A stretch of 56,151 nucleotides of DNA from Alphaproteobacteria bacterium (lineage in GTDB: Bacteria; Pseudomonadota; Alphaproteobacteria; RF32; CAG-239). A program made the position numbers and the translations under genes. Within the stretch, counting starts at the first letter, position 1, and each line of letters begins with the position of its first letter. Shown in pieces: positions 1-10,085 of this stretch. The stretch is from contig JAGCXO010000005.1 in the NCBI GenBank assembly GCA_017961285.1, positions 1 through 56,151 of the forward strand. Direction: 5' to 3'. The notes under the pieces were generated by a model. The model searched no databases, was not told the origin of the DNA, and saw nothing but the letters and a program-made list of their open reading frames with translations.

Positions 1-208
1 AAGGGCAAAATGGTCGGGTCTGTCCAGACCAAAAGTATCTATTTTGGTATCTTTTTTGGGAAAACACTCAAATTTAAAAATAGATACGCGACCAGACCAG
101 CGCACAAATGCGCTTATAAATGCGATTGATGAAAAATCGGAAAGTGCCTAGAAATAAGGGATATAGAGGCAATATTTTAAGCTAAAATTGCACCCGAGAA
201 TTTAAAAC

Positions 209-239
209 AAAAAAACCTCTTCATTGTGAAGAGGCTTTT
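209..239 (-). terminator. Rho-independent terminator downstream of tRNA-Val
   Basis: CCTCTTCA-ttg-TGAAGAGG stem (216-234) flanked by A-run and T-run. Confidence 0.7.
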
Positions 240-242
240 ATA

Positions 243-318
243 TGGTGGGAGTTGAGAGGTTCGAACTCCCGACCCTCTCGGTGTAAACGAGATGCTCTTC
301 CAGCTGAGCTAAACTCCC
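243..318 (-). tRNA. tRNA-Val(TAC)
   Basis: Reverse complement GGGAGTTTAGCTCAGCTGG...TTTACAC...GTTCGAAC...CTCCCACCA; 76-nt cloverleaf, anticodon TAC, encoded CCA. Confidence 0.96.
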
Positions 319-397
319 ATCCGTTTAACAAAGAGTTTTATAACCAATTAAAAAAAATAAATCAAGTAAAAAATTTATATTTTTTCATATTTTTGAC

Positions 398-709
398 CTA
401 GCCGAAGACAAAGTCGACAATTTTCAACAATAACCAATAATAAATCACAAAATATACAAATCTCAAAAACCAGTTGCGCTTAGAAATTTTCTCCGGCAAA
501 AATCCAAACGTAAAAAACGCTATCGTATATACGGTAAACCAATCCAACCACTCCGCCGGATTTAACACCTTATTTTTTATTTCCCCAAAATCAGATGTTC
601 CGAACAAATCATACAAAAAACCACCCGTAATCGCCGGAATTGTAAACCACCCGCAAACAAACCAAAAAATTTTGCGCCCGTATTTTTGTTTCAGCTCTCT
701 AAAATCCAC
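398..709 (-). CDS. Hypothetical membrane protein
   Basis: 103 aa, about three aromatic-rich hydrophobic segments; GAGG upstream of GTG. Confidence 0.6.
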   Translation of the reverse strand: MDFRELKQKYGRKIFWFVCGWFTIPAITGGFLYDLFGTSDFGEIKNKVLNPAEWLDWFTVYTIAFFTFGFLPEKISKRNWFLRFVYFVIYYWLLLKIVDFVFG

Positions 710-722
710 CCCTCAATCCTCC

Positions 723-751
723 AAAAAAAAGAGGCGGCACATAACCGCCTC
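723..751 (-). terminator. Terminator after hup
   Basis: AGAGGCGG/CCGCCTCT stem with T-run on minus strand. Confidence 0.75.
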
Positions 752-770
752 TCTCCCTAAACTATTGCAA

Positions 771-1046
771 TTATTTATTAACTGTTTCTTGCAAAGATTT
801 TCCTGGCTTAAATTTCGCAACTTTACGAGCTGGAATGCTGATAGCAGCGCCGGTGCGAGGATTGCGGCCTTTGGTAGCTCTACGTTTAAATACGCCGAAT
901 GTACCAAAACCAACCAAACGAACTTCTTTACCAGACTTCAAAGACTTAGTAACAGAATAGATGAAAGCATCCAAAGCTTTTGCAGAATCTGTCTTTGTTA
1001 AGCCTGATGCGTTAGAAATGTTAGAAATAAGTTCATTTTTATTCAT
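771..1046 (-). CDS. hup: DNA-binding protein HU
   Basis: MNKNELI...GFGTF...GRNPRTG...FKPGKSL signature, 91 aa. Confidence 0.95.
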   Translation of the reverse strand: MNKNELISNISNASGLTKTDSAKALDAFIYSVTKSLKSGKEVRLVGFGTFGVFKRRATKGRNPRTGAAISIPARKVAKFKPGKSLQETVNK

Positions 1047-1311
1047 GAAAGGAACTCCCTTACTTAAAATGTTAATATTACAAAGCGAAACACCATGCCT
1101 CGCTGAAAAGAATTTAAGAATCTTTTTATATACAAGTCAAATAAAATCAAACGTTATAAGCACATTTTATCGCTTTTATCCCCTGAAATCGGCATTTTTT
1201 TTACTAATTTTTAATTTTTATCCCCAAATTTGCACATATTTCTCCGATTCCATAACAAAATCCCCGCCGAAAAATCGACGGGGATTCGCAAAACCAAATT
1301 TACAACCTGCT

Positions 1312-2472
1312 CTATGCAGCCTTGTTCATTTTTTGCGCTGCAAATTCATTCATCTTGTTGATGATATAATCCAAATCCTCATCATCAAGATATGGTGTCA
1401 TCGGAATTGAAAGCACGGTCTTTGAAAGTTTTTCACAAACCGGCAAAGAACGATTGTTCCAATTTTTATAAGCAGTCTGCGTATTAACCGGACGCGGATA
1501 ATATGCACCGCAAGGAATACCGTTTTCTTTCAAATAGTTCATCAACTCATCACGGTCATCGCAAGCAATGGTATATAAAGCATAAGCCGACTTACAGTTA
1601 TCCAAAACCTTTTGTTTGCGATAATAAGAACTTAGCTCATTATCATAACGTGCCGCAACACGATAGCGATTCTTCAACTCATTGTCAAAAACAGTCAGTT
1701 TTTGCAACAAAACCGCACCCTGAAAAGAGTTCATACGACCGGTCATGCCCAAACGAACATTATCATAGTGATCCTCAGGGCTCATACCATGAACGCGGCA
1801 AGACTTAACAATCTCGTTTTCTTCATTTGTATTGGAAAATACGGCACCACCGTCACCATAGCATCCGAGCGGCTTTGTCGGATAAAAAGAAGTAGCAGTC
1901 ATATCAGCAATGGATCCGGCTCTTTTGCCTTTATAAACCGAACCATAAGATTGGCATGAATCAGACAAAACTTTCATACCATATTCTTTGGCAATACTCA
2001 TAATCTCATCATATTCGCAAGGAGAACCGAAAATATCAACGGCAACAACCGCCTTCAAATTCAACTTTCCTTCTTTTTTAACATTTTCAATAGCACGGCG
2101 CAAGTCGGCAGGATCCATATTGAAAGTATCAGGTTTAGAATCAACAAATATCGGAGTTGCGCCAAGCAAAACCGGAGCCTCTGCCGAAGCAACAAATGTA
2201 AACGAAGAAACAAAAACGGCATCTCCGGCTTTTACATCCCAAGCCATCAAAGCCAATGTCAGCGCATCTGTTCCCGAACCGCAGGTTGAGCAATATTTAA
2301 CATTTGAATATTGTGCCAATTTTTCATCTAACTCTTTTGTCTCTGGCCCTTGGCAATATGCCCCGTGGTTCAAAATATTTTCAAAAGCATTCAAAAATTT
2401 TTCTTTACCTATAACACTCTGCGCAGTTTTGCAATCAAACAACATAATAGGTTTGTTAGGTTTTGTGGTCAT
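1312..2472 (-). CDS. DegT/DnrJ/EryC1/StrS family PLP sugar aminotransferase
   Basis: GSGTDAL, DSCQSYG, SFYPTKPLGCYGDGG (PLP lysine) motifs. Confidence 0.93.
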   Translation of the reverse strand: MTTKPNKPIMLFDCKTAQSVIGKEKFLNAFENILNHGAYCQGPETKELDEKLAQYSNVKYCSTCGSGTDALTLALMAWDVKAGDAVFVSSFTFVASAEAPVLLGATPIFVDSKPDTFNMDPADLRRAIENVKKEGKLNLKAVVAVDIFGSPCEYDEIMSIAKEYGMKVLSDSCQSYGSVYKGKRAGSIADMTATSFYPTKPLGCYGDGGAVFSNTNEENEIVKSCRVHGMSPEDHYDNVRLGMTGRMNSFQGAVLLQKLTVFDNELKNRYRVAARYDNELSSYYRKQKVLDNCKSAYALYTIACDDRDELMNYLKENGIPCGAYYPRPVNTQTAYKNWNNRSLPVCEKLSKTVLSIPMTPYLDDEDLDYIINKMNEFAAQKMNKAA

Positions 2473-2639
2473 TTTTATATCCTTATAAAAGTTTCAACTG
2501 AAAGCGATGTTACGACACAACAAATCATTTTGCAAAACACAAAAAATTTCTTTATTGTAACAATAAAATTTCATTTGCCATTATCTAATTATATTGATAT
2601 AATCCGGCAAAAATAGTCATTGTAACAAGGAGAAAAAAA

Positions 2640-3374
2640 TTGTTTAAGCACCTTATCGCCTGCGTTGCTGTCTTTTTATCCATCTCTTTTCCCGCCTTTT
2701 CGCAAGAAGATGAAAATTGGCTGGAGACATACAACCGCAATATGTTCGGCTTTAATATGACTGTTGATAAATATATAATGAAACCGGTTGCCAAAGCCTA
2801 TCGCTCTGTTACCACAAAAGATATCCGCAACCGCATAACCTCTGCTCTCGATAACACCGAAGAGCCGGTTACAGCCCTAAACTACCTGTTACAACTAAAA
2901 CCGAAAAAAAATCTAAATTCAATTGGACGTTTTTTGATAAACACCACCTTGGGACTTGGCGGAATGTTTGATGTCGCCTCAGGTTGGGGATTAAAAAAAG
3001 AACCTACCGGCTTTGATGAAACACTGGCAGAATATTGTGTTCCCGACGGCCCGTTTTTTATGGCTCCGTTTTTCGGACCATTTACGGTTAGATCAGCCAC
3101 CGGATATATTGCCGACGGCTTCTCAAATCCAATATATTGGGCAGCCATAAACGACAAAAACTACTCTGCAAAAATTTCTTATAGCTACGCCGCCGTAAAA
3201 GCCATCAATTCTCGTGAAAGAAGCCTTGATTTGCTTGATGATCTCGAAAAAAATTCTGTTGATTTCTATTCAACCGTTCGTTCTGCATATTTGCAAAATC
3301 GTCAAAAAATGAACCAATGCGGTTCTGACAACGTTCCAAGTTATGACTTCGACTTTGACGACGAAGACTATTAA
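2640..3374 (+). CDS. mlaA: MlaA/VacJ family phospholipid-asymmetry protein
   Basis: ETYNRNMFGFN, RFLINTTLGLGGMFDVA, GPF..PFFGP.TVR, DFYSTVRSAYLQNR; adjacent to mlaC. Confidence 0.9.
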   Translation: MFKHLIACVAVFLSISFPAFSQEDENWLETYNRNMFGFNMTVDKYIMKPVAKAYRSVTTKDIRNRITSALDNTEEPVTALNYLLQLKPKKNLNSIGRFLINTTLGLGGMFDVASGWGLKKEPTGFDETLAEYCVPDGPFFMAPFFGPFTVRSATGYIADGFSNPIYWAAINDKNYSAKISYSYAAVKAINSRERSLDLLDDLEKNSVDFYSTVRSAYLQNRQKMNQCGSDNVPSYDFDFDDEDY

Positions 3375-3397
3375 AAACTACAAAACTAGGAGAACTT

Positions 3398-4000
3398 ATG
3401 AAAAAACATATAGCTTTTATCTTTTCTGCTTTGTTCCTTTTTGCACAAAGCGCAAATGCCGAGGTTGATGCCGCAGGCGCCGAAAATTTTGTAAAAAACA
3501 CCACCCAGGAGGGCATTGTTGAAATTATCAACTCCAATGCTTCACAAGCCGAACGTGATGCGCGTTTTGAAAAACTTTTCAACTCTGCATTAGATGTAAA
3601 ATTTATCGGCCAATTTGTTTTGGGACGCAATTGGCGCACTGCCTCTGCCGAGCAACGCGAAAAATTTATTGATGTATATCGCAAACTAAACGTCAAAACC
3701 TGGTCAAAACGTTTTGATGAGTTCAAAGGGAAAGAATTTATCTTCAAAGGCACATCACCATCTTCTTCCGACAACCAAATTTTTGTAAACTCTGTTGTCC
3801 CGATGGAAAATGCGCAACCTGCCTCCGTTGTTTGGCGTGTAAAAGAAAAAGACGGCAAATTCAAAATTGTTGACATCATTATTGAAAATGTCAGTCTTGC
3901 CATCACCGCGCGCAATGAATATTCCGCGTTTATAAAAAAATCTCCTGACGGTCTAAATGGCTTGATAGCAGATTTGGAAAAGAAAATAGCACAAGAATAA
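3398..4000 (+). CDS. mlaC: MlaC/Ttg2D phospholipid-binding periplasmic protein
   Basis: Signal peptide; FVLGRNWR, KIVDIIIENVSL motifs. Confidence 0.88.
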   Translation: MKKHIAFIFSALFLFAQSANAEVDAAGAENFVKNTTQEGIVEIINSNASQAERDARFEKLFNSALDVKFIGQFVLGRNWRTASAEQREKFIDVYRKLNVKTWSKRFDEFKGKEFIFKGTSPSSSDNQIFVNSVVPMENAQPASVVWRVKEKDGKFKIVDIIIENVSLAITARNEYSAFIKKSPDGLNGLIADLEKKIAQE

Positions 4001-4003
4001 ACA

Positions 4004-4030
4004 AAAAAAGCCGCCAAAATGGCGGCTTTA
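4004..4030. terminator. Bidirectional terminator
   Basis: AAAGCCGCCA-aaa-TGGCGGCTTT between convergent genes. Confidence 0.75.
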
Positions 4031-4037
4031 ATTTTCT

Positions 4038-4601
4038 TTAGAAACTATATCTCAAACCTGCGGTCATTTCCCACAAATTGTCAAGATATCTTGTTCCGAC
4101 ATAGCTATATCGTCCCATCAAACGCAAAGACATATTGTCCGTAAAGTTATACATTGCGCCAAGACCGAAACGATATCCGACCTTGTTGGTATCATTGCTC
4201 TCGCCATATTGGCTGGTCTTAACATTATATCCGCCGAGACCGACCGATCCCAACAAATTATACGTTCCTTCACATCCCAAAGGCAAATATCCCATCATAT
4301 CCATACCATAGCTGAAGAAACGATTCTTCAACCTCTCGTCACCCTTAAAAGATGTGCGCTTAAAAGCATATTGATAATAAAATTCCGGTCCGAAATATTG
4401 CCACATCTGCATACCGAAATTACCCTCAATAGAGTTGTAGTTGCGTTTTGGTTTGCGTGCCACATCTTTATAATCGGCATACGAATAAATATAATCCATA
4501 CCGACATAGGGTTTAATATCATGCATATTCATCATATCAAACGCCGTGGCATTCATAGTAACCATAGTAGCAACACCTGCTAAAAGTAATATTTTTTTCA
4601 T
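4038..4601 (-). CDS. Outer-membrane beta-barrel protein (OmpA-TM/opacity-like)
   Basis: Signal peptide, alternating aromatic beta strands, C-terminal GLRYSF. Confidence 0.8.
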   Translation of the reverse strand: MKKILLLAGVATMVTMNATAFDMMNMHDIKPYVGMDYIYSYADYKDVARKPKRNYNSIEGNFGMQMWQYFGPEFYYQYAFKRTSFKGDERLKNRFFSYGMDMMGYLPLGCEGTYNLLGSVGLGGYNVKTSQYGESNDTNKVGYRFGLGAMYNFTDNMSLRLMGRYSYVGTRYLDNLWEMTAGLRYSF

Positions 4602-4728
4602 AATTTATACTCCATTTAATTAAACAGATATTCATAAAGTAGTCTTATTTAATGTATTAGCTCACATCTCAAATTAAAGGGTGCAAATAAAAAAAATTAT
4701 GCTAAATTATATAAAAACGGAGAAAAAA

Positions 4729-5358
4729 ATGATATGCCCGCAAAAAAATTGTTCATTATGTCCTCGTCTAGCCGAGTTTCGCGAACAGAATAAAATAAAA
4801 TTTCCAACCTATTACAATGCACCTGTTCCCTCTTTCGGTGACATCAATGCCAAATTGCTCGTTGTCGGCATGGCCCCCGGCTTGAACGGCGCCAATCAAA
4901 CCGGCCGCCCTTTCACCAATGACTATGCCGGCGACATATTATATCCGGCTTTGAAAAAATTCGGCCTCGCCAAAGGAGACTATCAAAAAAAAGCTGATGA
5001 CGGATTTGAACTCATCAACAGCAGAATAACCAACGCCGTTCGTTGTGTTCCACCGCAAAACAAAGTCATTGCGGAAGAAACCAACAATTGCCGCCAATTT
5101 TTGCTCTCAGAAATAAATTCCATGCCCAACTTAAAAATTATCTTAACCTTGGGCACCGTTGCACACAATACATTGCTTTCCGCTTTGGGATATAAAAAAT
5201 CACAATTCCCTTTTGCCCACGGGAAAAAACATTTTTTGGACAAGCATAATCTTTTGTTGTTCAATTCATATCATACCTCACGCTACAACATCAACACCGG
5301 TGTTTTGACCAACGAAATGTTTCAACAAGTTATCGCTTCAATAAAGGAAGAACTTTAA
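4729..5358 (+). CDS. Uracil-DNA glycosylase, family 5 (UdgB-like, Fe-S)
   Basis: CxxCPRL, GMAPG.NGANQTGRPFT.D.AG, NAVRCVPPQN, SYHTS; ATG at 4729 follows GGAG. Confidence 0.88.
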   Translation: MICPQKNCSLCPRLAEFREQNKIKFPTYYNAPVPSFGDINAKLLVVGMAPGLNGANQTGRPFTNDYAGDILYPALKKFGLAKGDYQKKADDGFELINSRITNAVRCVPPQNKVIAEETNNCRQFLLSEINSMPNLKIILTLGTVAHNTLLSALGYKKSQFPFAHGKKHFLDKHNLLLFNSYHTSRYNINTGVLTNEMFQQVIASIKEEL

Positions 5359-7094
5359 TGTCCTATGAAACAATTTTTCAACAAGCACTAAAATTTCACC
5401 AAAATGGGCAACTTGATGAAGCCGAAAAACTTTATCGCCAAGTTCTGCAGATTGCTCCCAACAATCCGCAAATTCTCAATTTGTTGGGCATTATTGCACA
5501 AAGCAAAAACTTACATGAACAAGCCGTCAGCTATTTTGAACAATCTTTGCTCAACGACAGCAACAATTTTGAAGTATATTTCAATCTCGGTTGGTCACTG
5601 TTCGAGCTCAAAAAATATGCCGAAGCCGCGAATGCCTACCATCGCGTCATAACTCTCAAACCTCAAACTTTTCAGGCTTATAATGCTCTCGGCAAAATTT
5701 ATGCTATTGAAAACAAAAAACTTGAGGCAAAATCAGCTTTTGAGCACGCACTAACCATAAATCCCCAATATTTAGAAGCCCAAATCAATCTTGCCTGCCT
5801 TGAACAAAATTTATCTCAACTGCAAAATTTGTTTCAACAAAATCCGTCTCGTGGCGATATTGCCTATAATATCGCTAAAATTTATCAGCAACAAAATCAG
5901 CTCGAGCCGGCCAAAGAATATGCTTTGCAAGCTGCACAACTTTCTCCTTGCGAAGATTTTTTCCTTTTTTGCGCCGACATTTTATCACAATTGCAACACC
6001 CGGACGAGGCCTTAAAATATTACCAACAAGCCTTAAACGACAATCCAGATTCCGTTCCGGCTTTGATAAATATCGCCAATTCCGCGCAAGATGCCTCCCA
6101 AACCGAACAGATGTATAAAAAAGCACTTTCACTGTCACCAAAAAATTTTGATGCCCACTTAAATTATGCGGTTTTATTGCACAAACAAAATCGCCTCAAT
6201 GAAGCATTGGAAGAATATCGCCAAGCCGCAATCCTCAACCCTAACAGTGCCGAAGTCAGCAATAATCTCGGGCTTTTGCAACGCTCACTAAACAATCTGC
6301 CGCAGGCAATCGACCTGCTTCTCAACGCATTTTGCCTCTCTCCGCAAAAACAGGAATATGCCGCCAATTTGGCTGAAACTTTGACCCTATATTCACATTC
6401 CAACCCAAGCGAAGCCGCCAAAATTGCCGCCGCTTGGCAAAAAAAATCCCCCGACAATCCTTTTGCCATACAAATTGATGCCGCTCTTAATAACAAAAAT
6501 ATCGCTCAAAATCCGGCATATTCCCAACAGCTTTTCGATATTTTTGCCGACACCTATGAAAACACTATGCAAAATATTGACTATCAACTTCCAAAGGAAA
6601 TAGCCTCTCTTATCGATAATAGCAATGATATCATCGTCGATTTGGGTTGCGGCACCGGACTTTTGGGTGAAAAAATCAGAGATAAATGTCGCCAACTTAT
6701 CGGTGTTGATATATCAAAAAAGATGCTCGAAAAAGCCGCCGCTAAGAAAATTTATGACCACCTGGAACAAGCTGATATTATAGAATTTTGCAACCAACTG
6801 CCGCCATCCTCTCTTGTGATTGCCGCAGATGTCATCGGTTATATCGGTGATTTAAAACCATTGATAGCAAAAATTTTTCCTCACCGCTTTATTTTCTCCG
6901 CAGCACTGGATGACAAGCTCTCACAAAATTTTTCGCTAACTCCGCAAGGCCGATACATCTACAATCCGACCTATATTAACGACACCTTAAAAGATTGCGG
7001 CTACAATGATACATCGCAACACAAAACCATTTTGCGTACCGAAAATGGAACTCCTGTTTATGGTGCAATTTATATCGCAAAGGAAAAATTATGA
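5358..7094 (+). CDS. TPR-repeat protein with C-terminal class I SAM methyltransferase
   Basis: Multiple TPRs; LFD.FA..Y and VDLGCGTG, GVDISKKML motifs. Confidence 0.88.
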   Translation: MSYETIFQQALKFHQNGQLDEAEKLYRQVLQIAPNNPQILNLLGIIAQSKNLHEQAVSYFEQSLLNDSNNFEVYFNLGWSLFELKKYAEAANAYHRVITLKPQTFQAYNALGKIYAIENKKLEAKSAFEHALTINPQYLEAQINLACLEQNLSQLQNLFQQNPSRGDIAYNIAKIYQQQNQLEPAKEYALQAAQLSPCEDFFLFCADILSQLQHPDEALKYYQQALNDNPDSVPALINIANSAQDASQTEQMYKKALSLSPKNFDAHLNYAVLLHKQNRLNEALEEYRQAAILNPNSAEVSNNLGLLQRSLNNLPQAIDLLLNAFCLSPQKQEYAANLAETLTLYSHSNPSEAAKIAAAWQKKSPDNPFAIQIDAALNNKNIAQNPAYSQQLFDIFADTYENTMQNIDYQLPKEIASLIDNSNDIIVDLGCGTGLLGEKIRDKCRQLIGVDISKKMLEKAAAKKIYDHLEQADIIEFCNQLPPSSLVIAADVIGYIGDLKPLIAKIFPHRFIFSAALDDKLSQNFSLTPQGRYIYNPTYINDTLKDCGYNDTSQHKTILRTENGTPVYGAIYIAKEKL

Positions 7095-7414
7095 GCCGAC
7101 AAAGTGAAAATACCGGATTCATCTGCCAAAATTGCGGCAAAGAAGTTCTTCCCCTAACCGACGGAAGTTACCGCAACCATTGCCCGTTTTGCCTATACTC
7201 TCTACACGTTGACATCACTCCCGGCGACCGTCAGTGCGAATGTGGCGGCTTGATGAAACCTATAAAAATCGTCAAAAACAAAAAAGGCTTTCAAATTCTC
7301 CATCACTGTCAAAAATGCGGCTTTGAGCGCTATAACAAAATCAATGAAGATATGCGCCAACCCGACAGCATCGAGGTCATAACCAAATTGATGAAAGAGC
7401 AACCCCTGCCTTGA
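7091..7414 (+). CDS. RNHCP-domain zinc-binding protein
   Basis: F.CQNCG...YRNHCPFCLYSLHVD..PGDR. Confidence 0.92.
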   Translation: MSRQSENTGFICQNCGKEVLPLTDGSYRNHCPFCLYSLHVDITPGDRQCECGGLMKPIKIVKNKKGFQILHHCQKCGFERYNKINEDMRQPDSIEVITKLMKEQPLP

Positions 7415-7465
7415 TTTTGCGCACCAAGCCACTACATAATACAAAAACACATCAGGAGAAAAGAA

Positions 7466-8059
7466 ATGGAAATAAGCAAAATTTTTGAACTGCGGCGCTC
7501 AATCTATTCCTTAAACGACAAAAGCAATTTAACACAATCTGAAATCAATAAATTAATTGAAAGTTGCCTCAAAAATGCTCCGTCAGCTTTCAATTCGCAG
7601 TCATCAAGACTTATAATTTTATATGATAGTGCCTACCAAAATTTTTGGAATAAAACTTTAGAGCTTCTAAAGTCATTAACCCCGCCGGAAAAATTTTCGC
7701 AAACCTCACAAAAAATAAATTCGTTTCAACAAGGTATCGGCACGATTTTGTTTTTTGAAGACCGAGAAATAGTGAAAAATCTGCAACAGCAATATCCTTT
7801 ATATGCCAACAATTTCCCCAAATGGGCAATACAGGCAAACGCCATGTTGCAATATATGATTTGGACAACTCTGGCAGAAAAAAATATCGGCGCGTCTTTA
7901 CAACACTACAATCCTTTGGTTGATGAAATGGTGCAAAAAGAATTTTCCGCCCCAAAAACTTGGGAACTGATTGCGCAAATGCCTTTCGGCGGCATAGAGC
8001 AACCGGCTCAAGCCAAAACTTTTGAGCCAATCTCAAGCCGATTAAAAATCTTAAGTTGA
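7466..8059 (+). CDS. Nitroreductase family protein (Frm2/HBN1-like)
   Basis: RRSIYSL, APSAFNSQSSR, GASLQHYNP, AQMPFG. Confidence 0.9.
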   Translation: MEISKIFELRRSIYSLNDKSNLTQSEINKLIESCLKNAPSAFNSQSSRLIILYDSAYQNFWNKTLELLKSLTPPEKFSQTSQKINSFQQGIGTILFFEDREIVKNLQQQYPLYANNFPKWAIQANAMLQYMIWTTLAEKNIGASLQHYNPLVDEMVQKEFSAPKTWELIAQMPFGGIEQPAQAKTFEPISSRLKILS

Positions 8060-8118
8060 TATTAAATATTTAAATTGTAAAAAAGTTATAATTTAACCGT
8101 AAAAGGACTAAAAAAACT

Positions 8119-9060
8119 ATGACACAATATCTAGCACATCTTTCAAACAATGCCATGTGGACAATATTTGGCATCGCCGTAATCATCCTCTTGGCGTGGG
8201 ATTTATTTTTCTTGAACCGTAAAAATGAAGTTCCAGTGTTTTCACACACCCTGCTTTTGTGCATAGTCTATATCGCCGCCGGCTTGCTTTTCGGACTTTT
8301 TGTAATGTATGAAAAAGGCACCGAAAGCGGCATGCTCTTTTTCACCGGCTTTTTGGTTGAAAAAAGCTTGTCACTTGACAACATTTTCATTATGTCGGTT
8401 GTTTTCACCTCACTGGGAATTCCACGCATATACCAACATCGTGTGTTATTCTGGGGTATTTTGGGGGCCATCGTCATGCGTGCCTTACTTATTATGGTCG
8501 GTGAAGCACTCATCAGCAACTTCCACTGGGTACTCTACATTTTCTCGGCATTTTTGCTCTATACCGGCGTTCAAATGATGCTCCACAAAGAGGAAGAAGA
8601 AGCCAAATTTGAAGAAAGCAAAGTCTATAAATTTTTGAGCCGATTCTGTCGCGTAACCTCGATCCACAGCGGACATTTTTTTGTTAAAGAGAACGGCAAA
8701 ATGTTCATAACACCGCTGTTTTTTGCACTTTTGACCATTGAGATTATGGACGTGATTTTCGCACTCGACAGCATTCCAGCAATTTTCTTGATTACCCAAG
8801 ATATTTTCATTGTATATACCAGTAACATTTTTGCCATTTTGGGCTTGCGTGCGCTATACTTTCTTTTGGAAGCCGCCGTCCACAAATTCTATTATCTAAA
8901 ACCGTCGCTATCGGTAATTATGGTCTTTATCGGTTGCAAAATCTTTTTGCCGCACCTTGGCTGGGAAGTTACAGCCATGCAATCTCTTGCCATAACCTTC
9001 AGCATAATTTTTGTCGGCATCACCGCCTCGCTCTTGCGCAGCCCTACCGAGGAAAAATAA
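8119..9060 (+). CDS. TerC/Alx family membrane protein
   Basis: EKSLSLDNIF, QHRVLFWGILGA, DVIFALDSIPA, SNIFAILGLRALYF. Confidence 0.93.
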   Translation: MTQYLAHLSNNAMWTIFGIAVIILLAWDLFFLNRKNEVPVFSHTLLLCIVYIAAGLLFGLFVMYEKGTESGMLFFTGFLVEKSLSLDNIFIMSVVFTSLGIPRIYQHRVLFWGILGAIVMRALLIMVGEALISNFHWVLYIFSAFLLYTGVQMMLHKEEEEAKFEESKVYKFLSRFCRVTSIHSGHFFVKENGKMFITPLFFALLTIEIMDVIFALDSIPAIFLITQDIFIVYTSNIFAILGLRALYFLLEAAVHKFYYLKPSLSVIMVFIGCKIFLPHLGWEVTAMQSLAITFSIIFVGITASLLRSPTEEK

Positions 9061-9187
9061 ATATACATTGTCATGGCTATTTTTCGACTTGTCGAAAAAT
9101 TTTAACTATCTACGACTTTTATATATTTTTTAATAACTCAAAATTAGAATCAATGGTATAATTAATTCTAACTAGGAGTCTTTTTTC

Positions 9188-10045
9188 ATGAAACTTGCAT
9201 TAAAATTATTACTGTTGTTCATTATCCTTATATCAACAACTCTGTCTGCCCAAGAAAACACCTCAACACCACTAAATGACGAAACAAAATCAAATTACAC
9301 TAAAGATCTCATTACAAAGGAAGTTGAAGAACTTATAAACAAGGGATACAACCTGAATAAACAAGATCCATCGACAGGATTAACCACATTAATGGAAGTT
9401 GCCAAAATTGATGAAAATCCTGAACTTATAGAAGCACTAATTGAACACGGCGCTGATGTTAATGCCAAAGACTTTGCCGGTACCACTGTTTTAATGTATG
9501 CTTCAGTTTACAATAATAATCCTGCTATTATAGAAACCCTTATCAAACATGGTGCCGACATAAATGCAAAAGATCGACAAGGACGAACAGCTCTGATATT
9601 AGCCATAACTAATGACAAAGATGTAACAACAATTGATACTCTCATCGCAAATGGTGCAAATGTTAACGATAAATTTATTCATAACAGCACTGCTCTTTAT
9701 CTTGCCGCTTCAATATCAAGCTATACTGAGGTAATTGAAACACTTATCAATCATGGAGCAATCGTGAGAGTTGATGATTTGTGTGCCGCAGCAGCATCTA
9801 CTAGAAACCTAGCTATCATTGAAAAAATCGCCCAACATTTACCAGATATCAACGAACAAGACGACGATGGTGATACCGGTTTAATGGCAGCTGTCTACAA
9901 TTCCAACCCCCAAGCCGTTGAAACACTCCTCAAACTTGGTGCCGATATCAACATAAAAAACAACAACGGAGAAACAGCCATCGATATCGCCAAAAGAGAA
10001 AATCGGCAAGATATTCTCGAAATTTTGCAAAAATATCAGCAATAA
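9188..10045 (+). CDS. Secreted ankyrin-repeat protein (short paralog)
   Basis: Signal peptide ending LSA-QE; about 7 G.T.L..A...LI.HGAD.NAKD repeats. Confidence 0.9.
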   Translation: MKLALKLLLLFIILISTTLSAQENTSTPLNDETKSNYTKDLITKEVEELINKGYNLNKQDPSTGLTTLMEVAKIDENPELIEALIEHGADVNAKDFAGTTVLMYASVYNNNPAIIETLIKHGADINAKDRQGRTALILAITNDKDVTTIDTLIANGANVNDKFIHNSTALYLAASISSYTEVIETLINHGAIVRVDDLCAAAASTRNLAIIEKIAQHLPDINEQDDDGDTGLMAAVYNSNPQAVETLLKLGADINIKNNNGETAIDIAKRENRQDILEILQKYQQ

Positions 10046-10085
10046 AAACTCTGCCATAATTAATTCTAATTAGGAGTCCCTTCTC

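Noticed and set aside
8060-8118. yybP-ykoY riboswitch before the TerC gene
   Set aside because: The intergenic region is only ~59 bp, AT-rich and unstructured
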